A stretch of 63,209 bases of DNA, the filler included, from Octopus bimaculoides (lineage: Eukaryota), in the NCBI RefSeq assembly GCF_001194135.2. It is 4 parts of 4 records of this genome, joined end to end, with 100 filler letters (N's around TTAATTAATTAA, not from the genome) between each part and the next. Parts side by side here need not be neighbours in the genome. Positions count along the whole stretch, not along the records: positions 34,443 to 61,316 come from NC_068983.1; 3 more parts are not named here. One strand, 5' to 3'. How positions within the stretch are numbered: the stretch's first letter is position 1; each line of letters starts with the position of its first letter. Below are positions 49,996 through 61,416 of this stretch, piece after piece. Under the pieces are notes generated by a model that had not been told where the DNA came from, did not search any database, and saw nothing but the letters and a program-made list of their open reading frames with translations. The position numbers were made by a program, and so were the translations under genes.

Positions 49996-51039
49996 GATAC
50001 TCTTTACGTTTCACTGATGTAATGTTTCTCTCTGCTGCCCTTGTGACAGAAACGAAAAGCGCACGACTACATACCTCACTGTCGACCACTGGGTTCTCAA
50101 CCAGACTCCAATGACCCTTTAGGGACCGACCAAGATTTTGTTGTTACGATTTATCTGCCACAAAACCGGTTCTACTTCTACACAAAGCATTTTAACGATT
50201 GTTTAATACAATTCCTAATAATAGGCGCAGTTCCTGAGTTCGAATCCCGCTCAGAACAACCTTGCTTTTGTCCCTCCGGGGTAGAAGATACAAACACCAA
50301 TTATTGTTGTTGTTGCTGTTTTAGCCGAAGTCCAACCCTCGCAGGGCTAAATTATCAACAAAGGCGTCTCAGATATGACCATCCCATTTTTTTCTGATGC
50401 AAAATGTATCACGGACTACATTACCTCAGTATGCCGATAGAGTGAGATTTGAAGGAAATTTAGCTACTATTTCAAACAATTGGAAGGACCGCGTATGAGC
50501 TCCCTGACTGGCGTGAGCAATGCATGGTGCGGCAGAAAAATGTTCCATATTTTACATGGCCATTGGTCTGGCATTAATGAAGTTAGGCAGATTGTAAGAG
50601 TATATTTGTGTAACTAATGTTTTATTGTTTTATATTTTAGTTACCATTGTGGCTTGAATTGATGCACATTAGGTGTTTGCTGTTACCATGAATATTGACG
50701 CTTGGAGGCTTTTTTGCCTCGTTCTGTATAATGCTAAGACATCTCTTCATATTACACTCATACAAATACGCAGAATGCGGCAGAAGAACCTCCCATGCGT
50801 TACACGGCCATTGCTATGGCAGTAGTAAAAATTAAACAAGTATTAATAGTGTCATCGTGTAGACAGTGTTTTAACGTGCATTTGTTGTTGAAACGTTTCT
50901 TAAGACTGGTGAATTTGGAAGGATTTTTGACTGCGCCCTCCATTTGTTGTTATTTAACCCCTGATCGGCCTTGATCGAACAAAAAATATGATCAAAGGAA
51001 TTCGTACCGTGTTTTTGTTTTGCTTTTATTTCTCATTTA

Positions 51040-53320
51040 CAGGAGGTACAGGACACGGTATCCGATCTTTTCTTTCCTAAGATTACGTGGTGTGACTTGG
51101 GAGAGAGAGATCTGGCAACTGTTACTCGGGTGACGAAGTAGAGGCTTCCATATTGGTTTGTTATAGGGGCGCCATAGAACTTGCTGATAGCTATAACCAA
51201 TTACTTGACAGATTGATTTCTTTTTAAAGCACACTTCAATAAAATGAACGTTTTATGAGATACCAGCGTATCTTCATTTTGTTGAAGATTTGAGAAAATC
51301 TGTGATTGTTTCACTGATTCACAGATCTTAGATTTGTGGGAACGAATTTGGAAGGGAATGACAAACTTTCGACTATCTTTATCTGCCGATCTACTTCGTT
51401 GCTCCGTTTTCATTTCCAACAGAGTGTAAGACCCAATATTTTGGCAGAATAGAAGTAATATATATTTAAATTTTCCTGATATTTTAAAGGAGGAATGACA
51501 AATTGAGGGTTCAAATTCTGTGATTGATTTCTCATCCAATATCTCCAGAAATTTGTTTAAACAAATATTCCAAGAACTTTTTCAACTGACTATTTAAATA
51601 GATTTCTGCATCCTCATCACTGAGTTCAGGAAAATTCCAACTGGATTCAATTTCTAATGCTGCCAAATGCTATAAAATTTGATTTTTCGCAAAATCCGAA
51701 AGTATTTAGTCTTTACAACAAACAACAAGAACTGAAGAACGCTTTTCAAACATTACAATATTTTTTTATGTTGATCTTTCTCTTCCAAATTACCTGTTTT
51801 CCAGATGTTATGTTTTAATACAGAATTATTACATTATTTGAATTCCCCTCAGCCACTAACAAAAAAAAATGGAATTAGTAGGTGAGCAATATATATTCAA
51901 AAATACACGCTGATTAAAGCAGAACCCAAAAATGCACTTGCAAAACAAAGCAGTATGCAAATTAGAATAACTATTATTTGGAGAAATTAATAAAATACAA
52001 ATACATTTACTAAACAAAGCAAAGTAGACCAAACTCAGTTGGATTCCTAGTCAGAACAGAACGGAATTAGAGCAATATAATACCTTAAGAATTCTTTCAA
52101 AGATTCATTGAATTTCATTATTCGTTTCTTGTATCTTGAGATTGAGTTTATACTCCTGCCCCCCAAAATATCAACCAAATAAGCAAGTCGTGTGATACCT
52201 TCTCTGTCGATCAGCCAGAAGAAACTACCATCTTATTCTGAATTAACCCATCTCTAAACCCAAACTTCAGTTATATTTCCAGTTGAAAACCATCGGACAT
52301 CTATTTGGAGAAGAAGTAAACGATAGCCTACATCGAAATCGATAAATAACTACTTGAAAGCCATCAGCTGAGCGCTCTTCTGTTGACAACATTCCCAATT
52401 TGGATTGCTTCATTAGAAATTATCCCTGGGACAGGTAGAAGTTGCTGACAATCAATGTCTTTCGCTTCCGCTGGTCGCTTATCACAGAAAAATAAATTCT
52501 ACATTCTATCCTCCCCAAAGANNNNNNNNNNGTCATTATCCCACAAAAGATGTTCTGGTTTCCCTGCAGATGAGACCGTTTCCAAATTAGAGGGGACCTT
52601 GTTAGTTGTTCCAAGAGGGAAACAACAGCAACTTGTTTTCAAATGAAATCATTGTTTCAAAAATGTATCTTACAAATACGAGGAATTGGGGAAACGATTC
52701 TATACAAATCGATCCAAGAATTATAAAGAAATTAAACCAAATATTGCAGCATTCCCCCCACCCCCCTACACAGCCGGATCTTTGATGTTGATAACCAACT
52801 TTTTATCTCCTTTTAAACAATACTGCTTCATAAAGAAAGAACTACAGATATTTTCTCCAATCCATTTCCAAGCAAATCTTCGGTCAGTTTCCTCAGTTGC
52901 ATTCAACTGATTGATTTTTTTTTTTTACTTTGGTATCTTTAGTGTTGAAATGAGACGACTGGGCGTAGCTATTTAGGCGCTGATGATTTGCCTCGGCTGA
53001 CATAACATTCGGTCTGTTTTGGTGACAGTACTTTTTGGCGCTGGATGCAAAGCAGAAATATACACATGGATAGAAAGGGTGGGAGAGAACGAAAAAACCA
53101 TTAAAACTTCTAATATGAAATAAGTCAGCGTCAAAGCAGCAACGCCAAATGGACGGCATCGAAACGTTTCGTATCCTTCCCTTGCTACGACAACACAAGC
53201 ATTGTTAACATTGTCATGAATTTCTTCGAATGCTTCCGTGGAATCCAACCTTATCGCATAAAATTCAAAAACAAAGTATTCATCCTTTTCCTCTTCTGTT
53301 AAAGATAAAAGATTTTCTAA
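51040..53320 (-). mobile_element. Decayed hAT transposase (Charlie/Buster, GTF2IRD2/ZBED5-like)
   Basis: In correct order but frameshifted: FYAIRLDST (cf. FALQLDEST), LLLQIDVRWFSTGNI (cf. LLLHTEVRWLSRG), RLAYLVDI...KLNLKIQ, LLLFCQNIGSYTLLE (cf. LLPFxSTYLCE). Confidence 0.8.
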
Positions 53321-53479
53321 ACATGCACACACACACACACACACACACACACAACATACCAGCACTCCATTTGGATTACCACTGGATCTACTGACTCTAC
53401 CATCAGGGATTTTTCTGGATTTTTTCGTTTATGTAGATCGCTCCAATCTACCACGACTTTTGTACTTTTATACTCCGAA

Positions 53480-53720
53480 TGTTAATACTTTGCCATTCTC
53501 TCTCCTTTTTTACTTTTTCTTTTTTCTCCTTTGCTTCTTTTATAAGTTTTTTTTTTTTCATTCTCTCTCTGTTTATTTTCTCTTATTCCTCTCTGTTGAA
53601 GAGCGTAGGCTCGAAACGTAAAAGACTTTTTCTTTTTCCCGAGCGTCAAATTAATACACTTGCTTCTTGTTCGTAAACCTGTCTTCGTCCTTCGTTTTTC
53701 AATAAATTTCAACAATATAT
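53480..53720 (+). mobile_element. PLE-like family A copy; hammerhead-like motif at 53588-53625 with disrupted stem I
   Basis: CTGTTGA-A-GAGC-gtag-GCTC-GAAAC-GTA-AAAGA. Confidence 0.5.
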
Positions 53721-54808
53721 ATATTATAGTTTTACAAGAAAGTGGGCACACTAACTTGGAAGTTTCGGTTTGCTAGCTTTCGTGTGACGAAGGCCGAATC
53801 TTCAAAGCCACCGCCACTCTTTTGTTGTAATGAAAACAAAATCTGTGAATATTTCTTTAATGTTATTGGCTTCCTTTGATATAAAGCTTTGCCATAAAAA
53901 ATAAAATCTATTAAATATCACACAACGAATTAAAAGCAAACAATAATGTCATGCTGCCGATTTCTAATAAGAATGAAAAGGCGCTATATCTGATTATCTA
54001 TGACTAGAAATTTTAAGATTTTTGTAATGAGTAAGCAAAACAAAAATGAAATATGTCTATTCTGTACATGTATGTCCTTCAACTTTGAATTCGAATTTCT
54101 AATCCCGCTGTAATTGATCTAGAAATGATAATCTTCCTTACAATAACTAATCACCAAATCACACCACATGTTGGAATACTCCTACAGATTGTGCATAATC
54201 TACAGGTTATCTTAGTTTAATGAACATCAGCCTTCACTTCATCAGCAAGACCTTAATATTACCACTACCCCACGGGGACTCCACCCCGGTTGAGAACACC
54301 TGCAATAAACTCTTTTGCCTACCACCTATCATTCCACTCATATATGTGCGTACTTGTGTGTGTGTGCGTGTGTGTGTGTGTGCGTGCATGTGTGCGTGTG
54401 CATGTGTGCGTGTGCATGTGTGCGTGTNNNNNNNNNNTGCATGTGTGCGTGTGCATGTGTGCGTGTGCATGTGTGCGTGTGTGTGTGTGTGCGTGCGTTT
54501 GATATTCCCTCCCTTCGTCTATTTGATCGACACATGACATACTCATTTAACCATGAGGCAAAATAGTTTGGTCGTGTTTCACAATTGTCCTTCCAGCTCT
54601 TGTACCCTGCTGTCGACCTAAGTAGTGGTGGTCACAGTAGGAGATGTCAGCTAAATAATGTACAGTCAGGGCTTACAAAGCAGTAATTTATAACTCGGTC
54701 TCTACAACTTCCGCCGAGCAAATTTCACTCACAAGATATTGGTCAACACGAGTAAAAGACTCTTGCCCAAGGCGGCCAACAAAGGAATAATGTATAAGTG
54801 TATGTAAG

Positions 54809-54843
<35 letters not shown>

Positions 54844-55217
54844 NNNNNNNNNNNNNNNNNNNNNNNNNNNNNNNNNNNNNNNNNNNNNNNNNNNNNNNNN
54901 NNNNNNNNNNNNNNNNNNNNNNNNNNNNNNNNNNNNNNNNNNNNNNNNNNNNNNNNNNNNNNNNNNNNNNNNNNNNNNNNNNNNNNNNNNNNNNNNNNNN
55001 NNNNNNNNNNNNNNNNNNNNNNNNNNNNNNNNNNNNNNNNNNNNNNNNNNNNNNNNNNNNNNNNNNNNNNNNNNNNNNNNNNNNNNNNNNNNNNNNNNNN
55101 NNNNNNNNNNNNNNNNNNNNNNNNNNNNNNNNNNNNNNNNNNNNNNNNNNNNNNNNNNNNNNNNNNNNNNNNNTATATATATATATATTTATTATATATA
55201 TGTGTATGTATGTGTAC

Positions 55218-55252
<35 letters not shown>

Positions 55253-55386
55253 TACACGCACACATATGTGTTCGTAGATACATGATTAAATATGTATTAA
55301 AAAGCTTAATGTACAAGCAATCATGACGTGTGTATACACAACCACAAAATATGGCTATATTATGTGTTTTGTATGTGTTTAGGTTT

Positions 55387-55432
<46 letters not shown>

Positions 55433-55729
55433 CACATATACACATATACACACACATTAGCACGCGCGCATATGCATGTACGTATATATATGGGGTTGCG
55501 CTCGTCTATGTTGTCTGTAATTTATTCATTAAACAAACCGATGTATTTCACACCACTTGCATGTACGTGCGTCTGTATATGTTTTATTAGCACACGTATA
55601 AAAGTGAGTGCGCGCGCGTGTGTGTGTGTGTTTATATGTATGCGTTTGCATGTATGTGTTTGTATGTATGTATGTATATACATATGTGTATATATTTATT
55701 AATATTTATTTACATGTATGTATGTATGT

Positions 55730-55779
<50 letters not shown>

Positions 55780-56029
55780 TCTCCACGTGTAGTACGAAAG
55801 CTTACATGTATATGCATGTATCTACATACATGTCTGTGACTGAGTGTGAATATCTCTTCCTCTCTATGTCTATGTACAAGCAATGAAATGAATATGTTAA
55901 CATATAAGATGGAGGTGGTGTGGATTATCATGCGCTTAGACCATTTTCGTTTGTTTATTACGATTATTATTATTATTGTTGTTTTTTTTTCTAGCACCAC
56001 CACTGCTCCCTCTCAGTGCAATGTCTTAC

Positions 56030-56255
56030 CTTCAGTTCGCATTGTGACGTCACGTCTAAGCTCTTCCAGATTGGTCTCTGCCACCCCCCCACCACCACCA
56101 CCTCCTCTCTCCCAGCTGGTTCTCACCAATCGACCTTTCTCTCGGTCGCTGCCACACTTGTACACACGTGTCCGACGTTCCCTCTTGTCATTTCACCGTG
56201 GTCAATCGGGGAACAAAGACAGAAACTAAATCACAACTCAAACAACAAACACCCT
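56030..56255 (-). other. Candidate 5'UTR and start-codon exon (ACA-ATG CGA ACT GAA G|GTAAGA) overlapping CRE, CCAAT and E-box motifs
   Basis: Strong donor AAG|GTAAGA at 56030/56029; ATG at 56040-56042 with A at -3; TTTGTTTTAG acceptor near 56255; non-repeat, GC-richer sequence. Confidence 0.35.
56045..56170. promoter_or_regulatory. Motif cluster: CRE TGACGTCA (56045-56052), ATTGG (56070-56074), CAGCTG (56113-56118), CCAAT (56126-56130), CACGTG (56165-56170)
   Basis: Motifs read directly; function inferred. Confidence 0.35.
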
Positions 56256-56358
56256 CAACAGACCTAAAACAAAATGGAGACATACATCAGTGTGTGGGGG
56301 TGGGGTGTACACGCGCGTGGGGGGTGTCTGTCTGTGCCTATAAAATATCGTATATTTT

Positions 56359-56600
56359 ATACAGGGTGGGCCAAAAGTTACACACGAAATAAGTTCATTA
56401 AGCTCCGGTATTGTCAAAGACATGCTTTAATTTTTCCAAATTTGAATAAAATAAATAAAATAATGGTGAATCCACACGTAGAGAAAGTTTGCCTGTTAGG
56501 GACAGGAAAGATTATGAGGAGGAAGGTTCTAAGCATTTGAAAGACTTTTGAAAACTGGTGGATACCGAAGGTTACAGGTAGTAACCCGATAAACATATAA
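56359..56600. mobile_element. Tc1/mariner-type terminal fragment (TA|CAGGGTGGGCCAAAAG)
   Basis: TA-flanked CAGGGTG-type TIR end. Confidence 0.4.
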
Positions 56601-56636
56601 ATCCTGTCAGGAATAAAATTGAACCTGAGTCAAATC

Positions 56637-56702
<66 letters not shown>

Positions 56703-56703
<1 letters not shown>

Positions 56704-57246
56704 GCCCTGATGCAGTACCAGGCAGTGGCTCTCATAGCTTCTGATCTTAATTGATTAGAACTGTTATCATGTACATTGTTTTGTCTTGGTATAAAAGATG
56801 GGCTCCTGCTCAATACCACAGATTTGCTTGTCAGTTGTTTGACCTTAACCAGTTGAGCATGTCCCTTAGTGGCTGACGATATGTGCATCTCTAATCATGA
56901 GCAGAAGTAGTGGGGGAGCATCATAGCCATGTGTTGAGAGGATTTCTTTGAGGTTTGAATAATTCATCTTTGTAAACATGGCTGTTTTGTTCAACATCCT
57001 TAAACAAATCTTATTCAGGGACCTTTTGATCGGGATGGGCTACATGACTTGAAGAAAATTCTAACTGGGCCCCACCTGCGAGGTCATGCGCTGTTTATCT
57101 TGATATGAGATCACCATGTCACCCACATATGGTTGTGATGCATGTGCCTGGTGTACCCTTATCAAACGGGTAGTCATGATGGGTATATTGGGCTTCGTAT
57201 ATTTTACCCCAGTGTCACTTTGATGGCATGCACTGCTCCCTCACTC

Positions 57247-57247
<1 letters not shown>
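56703..57247 (+). mobile_element. Full-length ~545-bp non-coding element embedded in (AAT)n on both sides
   Basis: (AAT)n at 56639-56702 and 57248-57310; three other copies in the window. Confidence 0.85.
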
Positions 57248-57302
<55 letters not shown>

Positions 57303-57599
57303 TAATAACGCATTATAAATAAAATGTTAAATAGTTTTGGTGCGTGACATTTCGTTCATCCTGTATATGATGCATATATATNNNNNNNNNNNNNNNNNNN
57401 NNNNNNNNNNNNNNNNNNNNNNNNNNNNNNNNNNNNNNNNNNNNNNNNNNNNNNNNNNNNNNNNNNNNNNNNNNNNNNNNNNNNNATATATATATATATA
57501 TATATATACCGCTTAATAATCTCAATGAAGGCAATGCAAGCGGAAACTAGAGGAACATGATTAATAACCACACACAAAATCAAATATATAAATATAAAA

Positions 57600-58534
57600 A
57601 TACATATAAATAGATAAATATCGATGTGATATCACAGGAACAGATGGAACTTTCCAGTTCTTCAGAATATATTTATACATATGCATGCAACTACTGAAAA
57701 TTTCTGACCTGGAGTTGAATAGAGGGATCTTAGATCTGAACAGGATTTGCACTCTTTCAGCCCAACAAAGTTTCGATTCCAATTGTATGGACCATCTGAA
57801 ACAAACCGACAAGGTAAAGAAGATGGGCAAGTGGGTACCACACGAACTGAACGAGCATCAAATGACACGTCATCTTGAAACTTGCTGTTCATTGCTGTCA
57901 CGGCATAAAAGCGAACCATTTTTGCAGAATTCTTTTCAACAATAGCAAGCATTCTGCTTGATGGTTGGATAGAGACGAAGTGCCAAAACACAATCCAAAA
58001 AAAGCTAATGGTGTCTGTTTGGTGGTCCAGTGCTGGTGTCATCCACTACAGCTTCATGAGACCTGCTAAATCAATTACAGCAGATGTATACGTCAACCAA
58101 TTGGATGAAATGATGAGTGAATTTGCAATTAAACAACCAAGAAAGGTCAAGAGAGGCCAGTCTCTCTTGTAAGACAATGCTTGGCCACATGTTGCACAAA
58201 GAACGCTACTCAAGTTACAGGAACTGAACTTGGAAGTACTCTGTCACCCATCATATTCACCAGACCTTGCACCAACTGACTATCATGTTTTCTAGGCATT
58301 GCACAACATTTTTGCAAGGAAAAAAAACTTCAAATCTGGAGATGATGCAAAAACAGCCCTTCGTTATTTCATCAACTCTTGCTCTCCAGAATTCTTCACT
58401 GCCAGCATAAATAAGCTACCAATAGAATGGCAAAATTATGTTGATAATTTGATTAACTGCATTGCTTTTTAGTTGAGATAAAGTAAAATGAACTTTCAGT
58501 TCAAAATCGAGCATTTCATTCTTAATGACCTGAT
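57600..58534 (+). mobile_element. mariner (DD34D) transposon relic
   Basis: GKWVPHEL; DNAWPH-(34 aa)-HPSYSPDLAPTDYHVF; ends ...AATGACCTGATA|TA. Confidence 0.9.
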
Positions 58535-58539
58535 ATATA

Positions 58540-59322
58540 CAGGGTGCGGTGAATAAATTGTCGGCTAAATTATGCAAAAATGAAAATAACACTGACATCT
58601 CATTTTAACAGATATATTTACCAGAATTATATAAATGTATCTTGAAATACTAAAGAGTAAATTTATTCAAAAACATCGCCATTGGCTTCAACCACGGCCT
58701 CCAAAAGACTTTGGAATCTCTTGCAACTCTTCTGAACGGTCTCCTTGTTTAAGTTGATGAATGCTGCCATAACCCTATCCTTCAGTTCATCTTTGGTGTT
58801 ACAAGGAGTTTTGTTGGTCTCTCGCTCAACTGCGCCCCACACATAATAATCAAGACGGTTGCAGTCTGGGGAATTAGGTGGCCAGATGTTAGGGGTGATG
58901 TGGTCGCAGAAATTGTCTGACAACTATAACTGGGTTCTCCTGCTTGTAGGACATGGTTCAGAGTCCTGTTGCCAGACATAGGGTCTTCCAGCAGCCACCC
59001 TCTTGACCCAGATCAGTACTACCTACTCCAGGCACTTGATGTAGGCCTCTGTGTTGAGTGTGAGGCCGTGTGGGGAGACGAATGGAGGCATGACGTTATG
59101 CTAAACACTCTGAAATGTTCCTACTGGAGCTTCCGGCACGAATGCCAAAGCAGTACAGCATGTCGTTTCTAAATTTCTGGCAGAGCGAATTGCATCATGG
59201 TGCTGTTTTTCTTGCAGACAGCACCCAGATGATCCTACTATACTGTGTAGTCGACAAAATCAAAAACAAACAATGCACGAAATTGAAAACATAAAATGGC
59301 GACAATTTACTCATCGCACTGT

Positions 59323-59323
<1 letters not shown>
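58540..59323 (-). mobile_element. maT (DD37D) copy with internal deletion
   Basis: WQQD-(37 codons)-D in WPPNSPDCNRLDYYVW; both TIR-like ends; same family as 23689-24903. Confidence 0.9.
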
Positions 59324-59369
<46 letters not shown>

Positions 59370-60010
59370 TGTACATATATTAAAACGGAGTAGTTTTGGT
59401 GAAGCACTGTGTGATATTACTTCAAAGAGGCTTGTGTCGCATTGTTCCGGTCTTACACAATACGTCTCTCTTTATATGTCTGTGTGTGTGTGTATATGTC
59501 TCTGTGTGTGTATGCGTGTGCATGTGTGTATGCGTGTGCATGTGTGTATGCGTGTGCATGTGTGTCTGTGTGTGTGTATAATCATGTCGAAATTGACAAT
59601 GGACTTCAAACGTAAATGAAAGTCATTTCTTCAATCACACACGCATTTAAATGCAGGACTGCATCGCATTGAACTGTACCCCGGTGGATATAGCACTACA
59701 CAGTGTTGCACAATGCACTTATAACTGCATTGTACTTCACTGTACTCTATTGTACTTCACTGTACTCTATTGTACGGCTGTTTCCAGACGAGAACACATT
59801 AGAAGGCCATTTCCTGTAGTACCTGTTAACCCTCGGTCGAGGTTGCTTGATACCCGACACCCAACTGATATCCACCCTTCTTATCTCACCACACCCACCA
59901 TACACACAAACACCCACACACACAAACACCCACACACACACACACGTACACACTATCCGCTCAAACTCACCGTCCACCACCTCCCATCCATCGGTCCACG
60001 TGTTCACCCC

Positions 60011-60079
60011 ACCATCCACCCGCTCCATCCACCCGCTCCATCCACCCGCTCCATCCACCCGCTCCATCCACCCGCTCCA
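60011..60079. repeat. 13-bp minisatellite (CCATCCACCCGCT)n running into a ~790-nt gap
   Basis: About 5 units visible. Confidence 0.9.
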
Positions 60080-60869
60080 NNNNNNNNNNNNNNNNNNNNN
60101 NNNNNNNNNNNNNNNNNNNNNNNNNNNNNNNNNNNNNNNNNNNNNNNNNNNNNNNNNNNNNNNNNNNNNNNNNNNNNNNNNNNNNNNNNNNNNNNNNNNN
60201 NNNNNNNNNNNNNNNNNNNNNNNNNNNNNNNNNNNNNNNNNNNNNNNNNNNNNNNNNNNNNNNNNNNNNNNNNNNNNNNNNNNNNNNNNNNNNNNNNNNN
60301 NNNNNNNNNNNNNNNNNNNNNNNNNNNNNNNNNNNNNNNNNNNNNNNNNNNNNNNNNNNNNNNNNNNNNNNNNNNNNNNNNNNNNNNNNNNNNNNNNNNN
60401 NNNNNNNNNNNNNNNNNNNNNNNNNNNNNNNNNNNNNNNNNNNNNNNNNNNNNNNNNNNNNNNNNNNNNNNNNNNNNNNNNNNNNNNNNNNNNNNNNNNN
60501 NNNNNNNNNNNNNNNNNNNNNNNNNNNNNNNNNNNNNNNNNNNNNNNNNNNNNNNNNNNNNNNNNNNNNNNNNNNNNNNNNNNNNNNNNNNNNNNNNNNN
60601 NNNNNNNNNNNNNNNNNNNNNNNNNNNNNNNNNNNNNNNNNNNNNNNNNNNNNNNNNNNNNNNNNNNNNNNNNNNNNNNNNNNNNNNNNNNNNNNNNNNN
60701 NNNNNNNNNNNNNNNNNNNNNNNNNNNNNNNNNNNNNNNNNNNNNNNNNNNNNNNNNNNNNNNNNNNNNNNNNNNNNNNNNNNNNNNNNNNNNNNNNNNN
60801 NNNNNNNNNNNNNNNNNNNNNNNNNNNNNNNNNNNNNNNNNNNNNNNNNNNNNNNNNNNNNNNNNNNNT

Positions 60870-60990
60870 TCTTGCAGTTTCCGTCTACCAAATCTGCTCA
60901 CAAGGCTTTGGTCGACCCGAGGCTGCCACGCAGTGGACCTGAACCCAGAACCATGTGGTTGAGAAGCAAGCTTCTTACTACACAGCCACT
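60870..60990 (-). mobile_element. OK-like SINE 5' half
   Basis: GTTTCCGTCTACCAAATC...CCACGCAGTGG...GAACCATGTGGTT...AAGCTTCTTAC. Confidence 0.8.
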
Positions 60991-61169
60991 CCTGCGCCTA
61001 TATACATATCTATGTATGTGTATGTATGTATGTATGTATGTATCTATCTATATATATATATCTATATATACACATACATTTATATACACATATACTCACA
61101 CATACACACACATACGCACACACACATACACAAACATACACTCACATACACACAAACATACACACACAC

Positions 61170-61202
<33 letters not shown>

Positions 61203-61416
61203 TACATACACACACATACATACACACACATTCATACACACACACATACACACACACATACATACATACACACACACATACATACACACACACACATACA
61301 TACATACACACACACANNNNNNNNNNNNNNNNNNNNNNNNNNNNNNNNNNNNNNNNNNNNTTAATTAATTAANNNNNNNNNNNNNNNNNNNNNNNNNNNN
61401 NNNNNNNNNNNNNNNN

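Noticed and set aside
49552-50155. GC-rich patch with a minus-strand donor (GAG|GTATGT at 50075) and short ORFs
   Set aside because: The candidate exon has stops in all three frames; it could be UTR, but I have no support for that.
56703-56820. HDV-like ribozyme at the 5' end of the AAT-targeting element
   Set aside because: I could not build P1, P1.1 and P2 pairings by eye; left as an untested hypothesis.
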